Under the pieces are notes generated by a model. The model was not told where the DNA came from and did no database searches. It worked only from the letters and a program-made list of their open reading frames with translations. Both the position numbers and the translations under genes were made by a program. DNA of 64,000 bases, taken from the NCBI GenBank assembly GCA_963737265.1, contig CAVTRY010000014.1, forward strand, positions 32,001-96,000, given 5' to 3'. Within the stretch, counting starts at the first letter, position 1. Each line of letters begins with the position of its first letter. Of the stretch, positions 30,136 to 40,174 are shown piece by piece. This DNA comes from an uncultured delta proteobacterium. GTDB lineage: Bacteria; Myxococcota_A; Polyangia; Fen-1088.

Positions 30136-30684
30136 TTACTCGACAGAAAGGGCGCGCACGCGCACCGCGCGGATGGCGGGGTGAGGCGCGGCGCCCACCG
30201 TCACCAGCGCTCCCTCGCGCGGCCGGACCTGCGTGATGCGGACGAGACTTGCAGCCAGGAAAATCTCGGAAACGCGAGCCTCCAGCTCCGGGCTCTTGGT
30301 GGCGTCGAGCGAAACTACGATTCCGTCGGGCTTGAGCGCCGGCAAGAGGCCGACCAGCAGATCGCACGCCGCGCTTTGGTCTTCGATGTCGACCAGGCTA
30401 TCCACAAGCACCGTGCCTACCGAGCTCGTTGCCAGAGGTACCTCCGAAGCCGCCGCCACGACACCAAGCTGGTGGCCGAGCTTCTGGGCACGCCGCCGCG
30501 CGCGCAACGCGGCTGCTCGCTTCTCTTCTTCGACCAGGGCCAGGACTGGAAGTTCGGAGGCGAGGGTTTCCGCCAGCCACAACGCGGACAAGACGACCAC
30601 CGGGAGGTGTGGCCGCACGAGCTCACACACCCGACCGAGGGTCGCCGGACTGGCAAGGGCTCCCAGGAGCAACGGGCCGCGCAT
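30136..30684 (-). CDS. Hypothetical protein resembling a degenerate methyltransferase domain
   Basis: VPLATSSVGTVLV...LKPDGIVV. Start uncertain. Confidence 0.55.
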   Translation of the reverse strand: MRGPLLLGALASPATLGRVCELVRPHLPVVVLSALWLAETLASELPVLALVEEEKRAAALRARRRAQKLGHQLGVVAAASEVPLATSSVGTVLVDSLVDIEDQSAACDLLVGLLPALKPDGIVVSLDATKSPELEARVSEIFLAASLVRITQVRPREGALVTVGAAPHPAIRAVRVRALSVE

Positions 30685-30724
30685 TCGCCCACTATATACG
30701 TGGATTTCGCTAAACTGCCTATCC

Positions 30725-32786
30725 ATGTCCTTCGTGGTGGATCTCGATGCTGCTCGTGCGCGCCTGGGAGGCAAGGCGTGCGCGCTCGGCGAGCTTGCCG
30801 CCGCTGGTTTTCCCACGCCCACCGGTTTTGTCATCGCCGATGCGCTTTTTCGCAGCCTGTGCCCCTCGCTGCCGAGCATCGATCGCATCGACCAAGCGAC
30901 GTTGGCAACGCTCGATACCCTGCTAGATCGGTTTACCCACGAACCCTGGCCCGCCGGATTTCGCGACGAGCTGCGGTCTCGTTTGGGCTCGATCGGAGCG
31001 GCAAGCTATGCGGTACGGTCGTCGTTCGCGGGCGAGGATGTCGCGGGCCAACTTGCCGCCGGTGTGTACGAATCGCGTATTGACGTCCCGGCCGATCTCG
31101 TCGAGGGAGCGATCCGCCAAGTGTTGTGCTCGGCTTTTTCTCCCGGCGCGGTGGCCTATGCTCTGACTCGCGGGAAACAGCCGGCGACCGCTCCGGTGGC
31201 GGTTCTGGTGCACGCCTTCGTACGCGGCGAAGCCGAGGGCAGCGCGGCCTTCGCGCCCGAGCGAATGACCGAGCCGTTCGTCACCGTCAGGCGCGGCCGG
31301 CTTCCCGCCGAAGCCCGCTCCGAGTTGGGCAATGGCGTTATTTCGTTCGCCCGCTCGCGCGGACCGGTAGAGATCGAGTGGGTCTCTTGTGCAGGTCGAG
31401 TGCTCTATCTTCAGGCGCGGCCGTTCGAGCCAACGGTTGCGCCCGCGGCCTGGCTCGGGTGGAACGATTTGGGCGACGAGGCGAGCACGCGCGATGCGTG
31501 GCGCTGGGACGCGGCTCACAATCCTCTGCCGCTTTCGCCCGCGCAGGCCGGGCTCGTGGCGTTGGTGGACAGCGCCTGCTCTGTGGGTATGCGGCAGCGT
31601 GTGCTTGGCGGGTACTTGTTTTACCGGCACGACGATCGTCCTTCGCCGCCCGCCATCGACTGCAAGGAAGCCTCGTCCTATTTTGCTTGCCTGCGCGACC
31701 GCGTGGAGGTGCGTCTCGTCGCGCTCGGACCGCAGCCCACGCTCGAACGCAGCCCTGGCACTTTTTCTCTCGGCTTACGAACCCATCTTCGGCGTGCTCC
31801 AGCCCGCCCTGCGCGAGGCGCACAAGAACCTTTCTCAGTTCTTGGAAACCCACGCTCCCGAGGGACTCGCCCTTCTGCCCCTCCTGCGAGCTGGCGTGGA
31901 TTCCATGGCCAGCGAGCGGCGCGCGCGCGTGGCCAAAATTTCGTCCGCGAATGGCGAGGCCTGTCGCGCATACGCGCTCGCCGACTACCTCGCGCTGTTT
32001 GGCGACGAGGCGCCGGTTTGGGATGTCTGCGCGTCGACTTACGCCGAAGCTCCTGACGCCCTTGCTGTGCGCGAATCGTCCGGCAAGGCGGCTGCGAGCC
32101 TTCTACCGCTCGATTGGCGGCACGCCGCAGCCGAGGTGGAGGCGATGCTGGCCAATGCCTCGCAGGAAGGGTGGCGTCACGCGCTGTCGCTGGCACGCGA
32201 GGCGGTCTGCCTGGGCGAGGCCGATGACTGGCTCTATGCCCGCGTGCAGGCCGCGGTTCGTCGCGCGCTTCTGGCGCTGGGCGAGGGGTTGCACCAAGCC
32301 GCCGCCATGGCCAAGCCTGCGGATGTGTTCTACCTGCCGTTCGCGTTGGTGCAAGAAATCGCCGGCGGGAAGGCTATTCCGGTCACCCTGAACGCGGCGG
32401 CGGGCGCGGGCAGGGCCGCGTGGGAGTGGGCTTGTGCACATCCGCCTCCGTCGCCGGTGGATGGTCGAGGGCGAGCGATGGTGCGTGGCTCGGGAACCGG
32501 AGGGCGCGCCATCGGCCGCGTGGTCTGGCATCGATCCGGTCTGCGCACCCCGGTGGCGCTGGATGCAGTGCTGGTGGCAAAGACGCTCTTGCCCACCGAG
32601 CTTCCGCTCATCAACGCCGTCGCCATCGTGACCGAGACCGGCGGACCGCTCGATCATGTTGCCGCTCAGGCGCGCGAACGTGGCATACCCGCGGTGGTTG
32701 GCGCTGACGGCGCAAGCTCGGCGTTATGCGAGGGCGACGTGGTGCTGGTCGACGCCGATCGTGGCGTCGTGGTCCGCCTACTCTGA
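30725..32786 (+). CDS. PEP-utilizing enzyme, RPH/PigC-like domain order (frameshift near 31747)
   Basis: LGGKACAL, YAVRSSFAGED, AGVYES, EIEW, LQARP. The C-terminal phospho-His domain reads TETGGPLDHVAAQARERGIPAVVG. Confidence 0.85.
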
Positions 32787-33104
32787 ACGTAGCGGAGCGG
32801 AGGACGTAGGCGCGGCGGTGCGATCGCGTCCTCGATTCACGCGTTCGCGCAGTTCCTTGCCAACCTTGAAGAAGGCCAATCGCTTGGGTTGGACGTGGAC
32901 GGTGTCGCCGGTGCGTGGATTGCGCCCCTCGTAGGCCTTGTAGTCGCGCACGGTGAAGCTGCCAAAGCCCCGGATCTCGATTCCGTCGCCCTGCTGAAGT
33001 GCTTCGGACATGCAGGAGAAGATCTGATCGATGAGCAGCTCCGCTCGAGCCCAGGGAAACTTGAGCTTGTCCGCAACCACCGCGATGAGATCGGCCTTGG
33101 TCAT
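32778..33104 (-). CDS. HU/IHF family DNA-binding protein (IHF-beta-like)
   Basis: MTKADLI, IEIRGFGSF, GRNPRTG, FKVGKELRERVN. Confidence 0.95.
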   Translation of the reverse strand: MTKADLIAVVADKLKFPWARAELLIDQIFSCMSEALQQGDGIEIRGFGSFTVRDYKAYEGRNPRTGDTVHVQPKRLAFFKVGKELRERVNRGRDRTAAPTSSAPLRSE

Positions 33105-33139
33105 GGTTGGTTCCCGGTAATGTAGCGAAAATTAAGGGT

Positions 33140-34009
33140 TTAGTCGAGCGGGCGAGCGGGCAGCGGCAACGATGGATCGCCGCGGTAGCGATAGGACTTG
33201 AAAAATGTGTATTCCGTGCAGTTATGACGCGCATAAAAATCGATCACGTCGCGCCAGCCCAGCTCGTTCTTCTCGATGCCGTCCTTGATCTCGCGCCAGG
33301 AAAAGGTTTGCGCGCACAAGGCGCCTTTGGGCGGCGTATGGCCGGCGAAGGTGCGCGGATCGTACAGAGTGGAGTTCGGCGGCACGCGCGACACGTAATA
33401 CGCTGACAGGGCGGGCAGCTCGATGACCTCAATGCGGGACACGTCGATCTGCGCTTCCTTGCGATACAAGCACTCGGTGCGAAGAACTGTCTGTTCCGGC
33501 TCAATCGCGATAGCGTTGTGGGGAAGCTCGGCCTTCATCGCGCATTTTTGTTTGTCGGGCACCCAGGTTTGGATTCGGTAGGCCAGGAAAAGTGGCGTGC
33601 GATTTTCGATGCGCAACACCAGATGATCGGTACTGAGCGAGTGCCCTTCGATGATCGAGGTCTGCTTGCTGACTTCAAGTGAGATGCGCAGGTGGCGGGT
33701 TTCGATGGGAGCTTTGAGGCGAAGGTGTTGCTTGCCGTGAATTTCGTCGAAGTAGGGATTGGGCTGTTGCAGATCCTCGTAGGAGGGCGCGGGGATCTCG
33801 TACGACTTCGCGTCTTGCTCGGTGAGCGCCCTGTAGTAGATCACGGAGAATCGTTGCTCGGAGTTGATCATCTCGGACGGTGGCGGGGGCGGTTCCGGGC
33901 GTTTGGGCGCGGGCGGTGGCGCGCTCGCCGCATGCAACACGAGGACGCCGAGGGCAATGGCGAGGCCGCCGGAGAGCAACACTGCCAGTGCGAGCGGCTT
34001 GCCTTCCAC
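33140..34009 (-). CDS. Membrane-anchored hypothetical protein
   Basis: N-terminal TM and Pro-rich linker; ends WRDVIDFYARHNC. Starts 6 nt after the serS stop. Confidence 0.75.
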   Translation of the reverse strand: MEGKPLALAVLLSGGLAIALGVLVLHAASAPPPAPKRPEPPPPPSEMINSEQRFSVIYYRALTEQDAKSYEIPAPSYEDLQQPNPYFDEIHGKQHLRLKAPIETRHLRISLEVSKQTSIIEGHSLSTDHLVLRIENRTPLFLAYRIQTWVPDKQKCAMKAELPHNAIAIEPEQTVLRTECLYRKEAQIDVSRIEVIELPALSAYYVSRVPPNSTLYDPRTFAGHTPPKGALCAQTFSWREIKDGIEKNELGWRDVIDFYARHNCTEYTFFKSYRYRGDPSLPLPARPLD

Positions 34010-34015
34010 GTTGAA

Positions 34016-35281
34016 TTATCCCAGCACGTCGATGCCGCCGAAGTAGGGTCGAAGTGCCACGGGAAGGTCCAGTTTTCCGTCCGCCCGCTGGTAAGTCTCA
34101 AGAACGCCAATCAGGGTGCGTGGCAGGGCCAAGGCGGATCCGTTGAGGGTGTGAACGAAGCGATTTTTCTCCTTGCCGTCCTTGAAACGAATCTTCGCTC
34201 GGCGGGCCTGGAAATCGCCGAAATTCGAGCACGAGCTGACTTCGAGCCACTCGCCACAGCCAGGCGCCCACAGCTCCAGATCGAACTTGACCATGGCCGA
34301 GAACGACAGATCGCCGGTGCACATCTCAACGACGCGGTAGGGAAGCTCGAGCGCCTTCAAGACATCTTCGGCATCGGCGAGCAAGCCCGCGAGCTCGTCC
34401 ATGGAATTTTCGGGCCGCACGAACTTCACCAGCTCGACCTTGTCGAATTGGTGACCGCGCTTGATGCCGCGGGTGTCGCGGCCGGCGGCCATCTGCTCGC
34501 GGCGGAAGCAAGCCGTGAAGGCCACATGCTTGATGGGTAACTGGGCGCCGTCGAGAACCTCGTCGCGGTAGAGGTTGGTGACGGGGACCTCGGCGGTGGG
34601 AATGAACCAGAAATCCTCGACGGCGTCGCGGTAGAGGTTGTCGCCGAATTTGGGCAGGTTGCCGGTGCCCACCAGGCATTCGCGGCGGACCATGTAGGGC
34701 GGCAGGATCTCGCCGTAGCCGTGCTTGCCGGTGTGCAGGTCCAGCATGAACGAGATGAGCGCGCGTTGCAGGCGGGCGCCCCAATTTTTGAGGATATAGA
34801 ACCGACTGCCCGAAATCTTCGCCCCGCGGTCGAAGTCGATGATGCCCCAGCGCGGACCGAGATCCCAGTGCGCCTGCGGGGCGAAGGCGAAGACGCGCTT
34901 CGTGCCTTCTTCGCGCACGACCTTGTTTTCGCCTTCGTCCTTGCCCATCGGCACCGACGGATGGGGCAGGTTGGGTAACTCGAGCAGCCTCTCGTCGAGG
35001 GCCGCCTCCTGCGCCGCGAGATCCTTGAGCAGCTGCTCGTTACGCTCTTTGAGAGCGGCGCCCTTGGCTTTGATTTCGTCGCGTGCCGCGGGCGTCGGCG
35101 CCTTGGCGATTTCGCGCGACAGGCGATTCTGGTCGGCCTGGATGGCTTGGGAATCGTTCTTGAGCCGGCGCACGTCCTCGTCAAGGGCGATCACGTCGTC
35201 CAGGTTCACGTCGGCGCCGAGCTTGCGCAGCCCCTCGCGGACATCTTCGGGTTTTTCACGAACGAGACGGATGTCGAGCAT
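34016..35281 (-). CDS. serS: Serine--tRNA ligase
   Basis: MLDIRLVR, PTAEVPVTN, FRRE...RGHQFDKVEL, EVSSCSNFGDFQARR, HTLNGSALA. Confidence 0.98.
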   Translation of the reverse strand: MLDIRLVREKPEDVREGLRKLGADVNLDDVIALDEDVRRLKNDSQAIQADQNRLSREIAKAPTPAARDEIKAKGAALKERNEQLLKDLAAQEAALDERLLELPNLPHPSVPMGKDEGENKVVREEGTKRVFAFAPQAHWDLGPRWGIIDFDRGAKISGSRFYILKNWGARLQRALISFMLDLHTGKHGYGEILPPYMVRRECLVGTGNLPKFGDNLYRDAVEDFWFIPTAEVPVTNLYRDEVLDGAQLPIKHVAFTACFRREQMAAGRDTRGIKRGHQFDKVELVKFVRPENSMDELAGLLADAEDVLKALELPYRVVEMCTGDLSFSAMVKFDLELWAPGCGEWLEVSSCSNFGDFQARRAKIRFKDGKEKNRFVHTLNGSALALPRTLIGVLETYQRADGKLDLPVALRPYFGGIDVLG

Positions 35282-35394
35282 GGAGGTGCCCGAGTGTACG
35301 ACGTTTCCGCGCCATCGGGCCAGTTCTAGATCTAGAGCGCCGAACGGGTTGAAACGTCACCCCAGCGAGCCCGTTCCATCGCTTGGCGTGACCG

Positions 35395-35443
35395 CGATGA
35401 ACTTGTGCAGGTGTTTCGTGCGCATGGGCATGGTGCCCGCCTT
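35395..35443. repeat. 49-bp direct copy (1 mismatch) of RMD1-gene segment 25196-25244
   Basis: CGATGAACTTGTGCAGGTG(T/C)TTCGTGCGCATGGGCATGGTGCCCGCCTT at both sites. Confidence 0.92.
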
Positions 35444-35807
35444 CGGGAAAAGAACGAAGGCTCCCACTTGGCCGGAACGCAATGCGCGGGCCGGCCCTTC
35501 GGACGGCCCGCAAGTTCCCTACAGGCGCTTGGGGCTCCAATACCTCGTGGCGCGCCGAAAGGCCGCCGCTTCCAGTGCGCTGCGGTGGTCACTGCACCAT
35601 TTCGAGAGGCGAGGATTGGGTTTTCGACCATCTCGCGCGGGTCGTCCGCTCTGCCATTCCTGCGTCGAGATAACGTGCGCGGATCGGCTGGACGGCACAT
35701 CTCATCGCGCAAAGTCGCCCTAAATTCGGCCCGTGCGACTACCTGCTCCCCATAAACGACCGGAAACCCGCCCAGACCGACGACCGCTTGGCGCCGTCAC
35801 GGCGCCG

Positions 35808-38021
35808 TCACGTCCTGGCCACGAACGGTCGAATGGTCTGCCACAGCAGCGCCTGGTTGAAATCGCTCTTGTCGATGTAGGCCGACATGCCCGCCTCCAT
35901 GGCTGCGCGCTTCTCGGGTTCGGTGCTGCGCATGGAGATGGCCACGACCGGAACATCCCTGGACGCCTCTCGCTGGCGCAGCGCCCGCACCAGTCCTAAA
36001 CCATCCAGGCGGGGCATGTCGATGTCGGTGACGACGATATCGACGCGCGCGTGCGCACCGAACAGGGCCAGTGCTTCTTCCCCGTCGCCCGCCACGAGGA
36101 CGTGTAGTCCATGGGCGCGCAGCGCCTGCGCGATGATGTCGCGGACCACCGGCGAATCATCGGCGACGAGAGCGGTCCAGCGCGGCCCGCGACTGTCCCT
36201 GGCACCGGTCAGGGACGCGTTGGTTTTGCCGCGCGCCCGTGCCAGCAGCACCAACTCCGCCGTCTTGAGCACGAGCGCCAGCGCCCCTTCCTCGAGGCTG
36301 ACCGCGGCCGGCACCAGCGGCTGGTTCGCGAAGAATCGCCCCAAGGGCTTCAGCATCACCTCGCGCTCCAAATGGCCCGTGGTCCTGGTCAACGCCACCA
36401 GGTCGGCGCCACTTTGCGCGATGAGGATACGCGCGTTCGACCCCAGCACATCGGGCTCGTCGAGCACGTCGCCCAAATCGACCACCGGCACGAGTGCGCC
36501 CGCGTAGCGCACGAACGTCCCGTCTGGCCCTTCGCTTCGTTCCATGGTGCTCGTTTCGACCAGACCGCGCACCGAAGCGGCGGGAAGCGCGTACCACGCC
36601 ATCCCGACACGAAACAACACCACGCGCGTGATGGCCACGGTAAGCGGGACCTCGATGTCAAAGGTTGTGCCGCGCCCCAAGTGGGTCCGCACCTCGATCT
36701 TTCCACCGAGGTTTTCCGCCACGTCGAGCACGATGTTGAGCCCGATGCCGCGTCCGGAAACCTCCGAAACCTCGTCGCGGGTCGAGAATCCCGCCACGAA
36801 GACCGTGCGAAGTATCTCATCATCGGTCGCTGCCGCGGCGACGGCTTGGTCGAGCAGGCCGGTCGCAACCCCGCGCCTGCGCACGGATTCCACGTCGATT
36901 CCCCGTCCGTCGTCGGAGACTTGCAAACTCAGGCGTTGACCGACCAGACCTGCGACGATGCGCACCGTGGCCTCAGGCGTCTTGCCTGCCTGCACGCGCT
37001 CGTGCGGCGACTCGATCCCGTGGTCAACCGCATTGCGGAGAAGGTGGAGCAGAGGTTCCTCCAGCATTTCCAGCAATGCCTTGTCGACCTCGACCTGTTC
37101 GCCGACGGTTTCGAAGCGGACTTGGCGGCCGAGCGACCGCGCGAGCTGGCGCAGTGGCATGGGGAAGCGCTCGAGCAATGTTCCGAGGGGAATCATGCGC
37201 AAGTCGCGCGTGGTGCTATCGAGCTCTCCTATCAGACGCTCGAGATCGTGCGTCTCCTCGCGCAGGTGCGATTCGATTCCCGAGAGATCGGCCAGCAGGC
37301 CGGCCCAGACGGCGGCATCCTGCTCGCCGACTGCCGCCGAGCGCCCGTACTGCATTTCCTGCGCTGATTCGCGCAGCCGACGGGCGGCACGCGTCAGTTG
37401 TCGCCAGCGCACATTCGACAGCAGCAAATCGGAGACCATGCTTCGCAGGCTGTCGATCTTGTCGCTCTTGATGCGAATCGAGTTCTCTTTGCGCGTGACC
37501 ACCGGCGCCGCCGAAGAGTCGTCGGCCACAGCCTGCCAGGTCGACGAGACCGCCGAGGAGGGCGAGAGCGGCGTACGGCCCGAGCTCTTCGCTGGTCGTG
37601 AATTCGGGGCCGGCTCCGCGGTTCCACCCAAGAGAACATCAACCCTGGTCAAGAAGGCGTCCGCTTCGGGCGAAGTCGACTCGGGCGCGCCCTGGGCAAG
37701 GCGAAGGATGATATCGAGGCCAACCAGGATCAAATCGCCCGGATCGCCCCGATCGCCGTCGCCTTCGACCGGCGTGGTACCTCGGGCATGAATCGCCTTC
37801 ACGTAATCTTCCATGGCGTGCACCAATTTCGACGCCACCGCGAACCCGGTCAGGCCGGCCTCGCCCTTGAGGGTGTGGGCCTCGCGCAGGAAGGCCGCAG
37901 GATCTCCCGCCGATCGTTCAACCTCAATCCACAGCAAATTCAGCTTTGCGATGCGCTCGGCAGCCACCTGACGAAACATGTCGAGGCGCTTTTGCCTTCT
38001 GGCTTCGTGATCGACGGCCAT
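35808..38021 (-). CDS. cheA: Hybrid CheA-REC kinase (FrzE-like)
   Basis: Hpt REAHTLKGEA, HLLRNAVDHGIE, DDGRG, SGRGIGL, CheW-like domain, C-terminal REC (TDIDMP). Confidence 0.93.
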   Translation of the reverse strand: MAVDHEARRQKRLDMFRQVAAERIAKLNLLWIEVERSAGDPAAFLREAHTLKGEAGLTGFAVASKLVHAMEDYVKAIHARGTTPVEGDGDRGDPGDLILVGLDIILRLAQGAPESTSPEADAFLTRVDVLLGGTAEPAPNSRPAKSSGRTPLSPSSAVSSTWQAVADDSSAAPVVTRKENSIRIKSDKIDSLRSMVSDLLLSNVRWRQLTRAARRLRESAQEMQYGRSAAVGEQDAAVWAGLLADLSGIESHLREETHDLERLIGELDSTTRDLRMIPLGTLLERFPMPLRQLARSLGRQVRFETVGEQVEVDKALLEMLEEPLLHLLRNAVDHGIESPHERVQAGKTPEATVRIVAGLVGQRLSLQVSDDGRGIDVESVRRRGVATGLLDQAVAAAATDDEILRTVFVAGFSTRDEVSEVSGRGIGLNIVLDVAENLGGKIEVRTHLGRGTTFDIEVPLTVAITRVVLFRVGMAWYALPAASVRGLVETSTMERSEGPDGTFVRYAGALVPVVDLGDVLDEPDVLGSNARILIAQSGADLVALTRTTGHLEREVMLKPLGRFFANQPLVPAAVSLEEGALALVLKTAELVLLARARGKTNASLTGARDSRGPRWTALVADDSPVVRDIIAQALRAHGLHVLVAGDGEEALALFGAHARVDIVVTDIDMPRLDGLGLVRALRQREASRDVPVVAISMRSTEPEKRAAMEAGMSAYIDKSDFNQALLWQTIRPFVART

Positions 38022-38027
38022 TGCGCC

Positions 38028-39365
38028 CTACTCCTTGCGCGACGCCGCTGCATTGTCAGCCGGGGTCGGCGGAATACGCTGCTCGTCGGCGCGCGATTGT
38101 CTAAGCGTATCGTTGCTTCCCACCAACCGATCGAGCCGCAAGGCCGCGCTTACCAGATCCGACGCAGTCGACGCAGTTTGGCGCGTGTTCGTTATGGCTT
38201 CGGCGACGGTGGCGGCCATATCATCCATGCTGTGGCCAACTTGTTCGGTGGCCTTGCGCTGCTGCTGGGTCACCAGGGCGATGTCGCGCGCCGACCGCGT
38301 CGTCTCCTCCGAGAGGGCAATGCCTTCCTGTCCTGCCTGCACCGCGGACTGGGAGGCTGCGCGCATGCCGGTCATGAGTCGCCGAATCCCGGCCACTGAC
38401 TCCATTACACTCTCGGCCAAGCGCCGCATCTCCGCCGCCACCAAGGTGAAGCCGCGTCCAGCTTCTCCGGCCTTGGTTCCCTCGAGAGCGGCATTGAGCG
38501 CGAGCAGGTCGGTGCGATCGGCAACCTGCATGATGGTGGCGAGAATCTCCGCCACCTTCTCGGCGTGGCTGTTCAGTTCCTTGATCCGGTGGGCGACGTC
38601 CCGGTTTCCATTCACCGTGCGTTCGGCATTGCCGAGCACCGCCAACGAGCTTTCAGTGATCTGTTGTGCCGACGCAAGCACCACGTCCATCGTTCCGCGC
38701 GTCTCGTCGATGGCCAACACCTGGTGACGGCTGGCGCTTTCTTGGCTGAGGGCCATCCCCGCCAAATCCCGCGAAAGCTGTGTCAGACGCGCCGCTAGGT
38801 CGAGCATGGGACGAGCGACGGTGCCGGATACGACCCACGCGACCAGGAATCCGATGAGTAAAATCGCCGCGCTGAATACCACGACGGTGCGCGTGCTCGT
38901 CTGGATCTCCTGGTCGATCGACTGGCGGGAAAAACCCGCGACCAGGGTACCCAAAAGCTTGCCATTCGACCGGATGGGTTCGAGCGCTTGCACAAGATCG
39001 CCCCTGGTCTCGACGCGCGTGACGTCCGAGGTTTCGAGCGACTCGTTTCCGGGCCGACTACGGGCCTCGCTGTGGCGAAGGTAGACTGTTCCGTCGTTCT
39101 TGAGCACGGCGACATAGAGGAGATCCTTGTGGCCCTTGATGGCCGCCAAGGCGTTTTCGGCCTGGGATTTGTCGAGGTCGAGATCTACCGCGGGAGCCAC
39201 CAGATTGGCCAGAATGATGGCGATCCCCTTGGCGCGCGTCTCGAGCGCTTGCGATGCGATGGCTTCTTGTCGATGAATCAGATACCAGGCAAAAACCAGG
39301 GTAAAGGCCACGAACAGCGCCGTGAAGGTGAGTACGAGCCGGGCCTGCAATCCGAGTGTCTTCAT
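38028..39365 (-). CDS. Methyl-accepting chemotaxis protein
   Basis: Two TMs around a periplasmic domain; signalling tip TDLLALNAALEGTKAGEAGRGFTLVAAEMRRLAE. Confidence 0.93.
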   Translation of the reverse strand: MKTLGLQARLVLTFTALFVAFTLVFAWYLIHRQEAIASQALETRAKGIAIILANLVAPAVDLDLDKSQAENALAAIKGHKDLLYVAVLKNDGTVYLRHSEARSRPGNESLETSDVTRVETRGDLVQALEPIRSNGKLLGTLVAGFSRQSIDQEIQTSTRTVVVFSAAILLIGFLVAWVVSGTVARPMLDLAARLTQLSRDLAGMALSQESASRHQVLAIDETRGTMDVVLASAQQITESSLAVLGNAERTVNGNRDVAHRIKELNSHAEKVAEILATIMQVADRTDLLALNAALEGTKAGEAGRGFTLVAAEMRRLAESVMESVAGIRRLMTGMRAASQSAVQAGQEGIALSEETTRSARDIALVTQQQRKATEQVGHSMDDMAATVAEAITNTRQTASTASDLVSAALRLDRLVGSNDTLRQSRADEQRIPPTPADNAAASRKE

Positions 39366-39838
39366 GGTTCGACCTGTTCCGACAGCGAGAAGATTCCGGC
39401 GAGCTGCGCCGCGGACGCAACCAGGATTGGAACGTCGAGCAGGTAGACCCGGTTTCCCTTCCAATCAAACTCCTCGCCCACGAATCCCGGCAAATCGATC
39501 GACCGTTGGGGAGCGAGCTCGGGTGCGACCACGTGCTCGACCATGCCGTGAATCTGCTCCGCGACCACGGCCATTTCGCACGTCTCGTCGCGCACAACCA
39601 CCAGACGCGGCAGGGTCGTGCTTTTTTCCTGGGCGAGCGGCACCGCTCCTCCGACCATCTGTTCCAAGCTCACGACGGTCACGAGACGACCACGCAGGCA
39701 AGTGACGCCGAGGACGTGGCTGGGCGACGTCGGCACGCGCGTGACGGCGCCCTTCAAGGCAACTTCGACAATCGTCCTGACATCGAGCGCGAACCACCTG
39801 ATTCCCAGGCGCAGAAGCATGATCTGAATCAAGCCCAT
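39362..39838 (-). CDS. cheW: Chemotaxis coupling protein CheW
   Basis: VTRVPTSPSHVLGVTCLRGRLVTVV. Confidence 0.9.
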   Translation of the reverse strand: MGLIQIMLLRLGIRWFALDVRTIVEVALKGAVTRVPTSPSHVLGVTCLRGRLVTVVSLEQMVGGAVPLAQEKSTTLPRLVVVRDETCEMAVVAEQIHGMVEHVVAPELAPQRSIDLPGFVGEEFDWKGNRVYLLDVPILVASAAQLAGIFSLSEQVEP

Positions 39839-39996
39839 CTCCGACCCAGGGTCACGGCTTCGCCCGCGACGGCGCGCAGATCCGCGGCGATCTGCCGCGC
39901 GACATCCGGCGTGGGCTTGGCGATCGACGCCGTGTCGGTGGCGGCCTTTTCGCGCGCGGTCATGAGCAAACGTGACAGTGGAGACTCGCTAGGCAT
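39829..39996 (-). CDS. Small hypothetical protein at the head of the che operon
   Basis: MPSESPLSRLL...GRRWA; its stop overlaps the cheW start. Confidence 0.4.
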   Translation of the reverse strand: MPSESPLSRLLMTAREKAATDTASIAKPTPDVARQIAADLRAVAGEAVTLGRRWA

Positions 39997-40174
39997 AGTC
40001 CTTGGCCCGTCCATCGGCGGCTTCGCGGCCAACCCTTAGGAGCTCAAGAGCAACCGCCGAATGGTCGATAGTGCGACGAGGGTCCGACCTCGTTGTTGGG
40101 CGAGAAAAGACAGCCATGTTTCATCATGCCCGAAAGACAGCGCGGGCCGGCCGCCTGGCCGAAGGCGGTGGTCG

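Noticed and set aside
35342-35445. CRISPR mini-array (GTTGAAAC followed by a host-matching segment)
   Set aside because: There is no second repeat copy and no cas gene; kept only as an unexplained duplication.
35690-35745. c-di-GMP-I riboswitch (CGCAAAG...CCTAAA)
   Set aside because: The upstream GGCAAAC/GAAA stem is missing and the orientation is opposite to the flanking genes.
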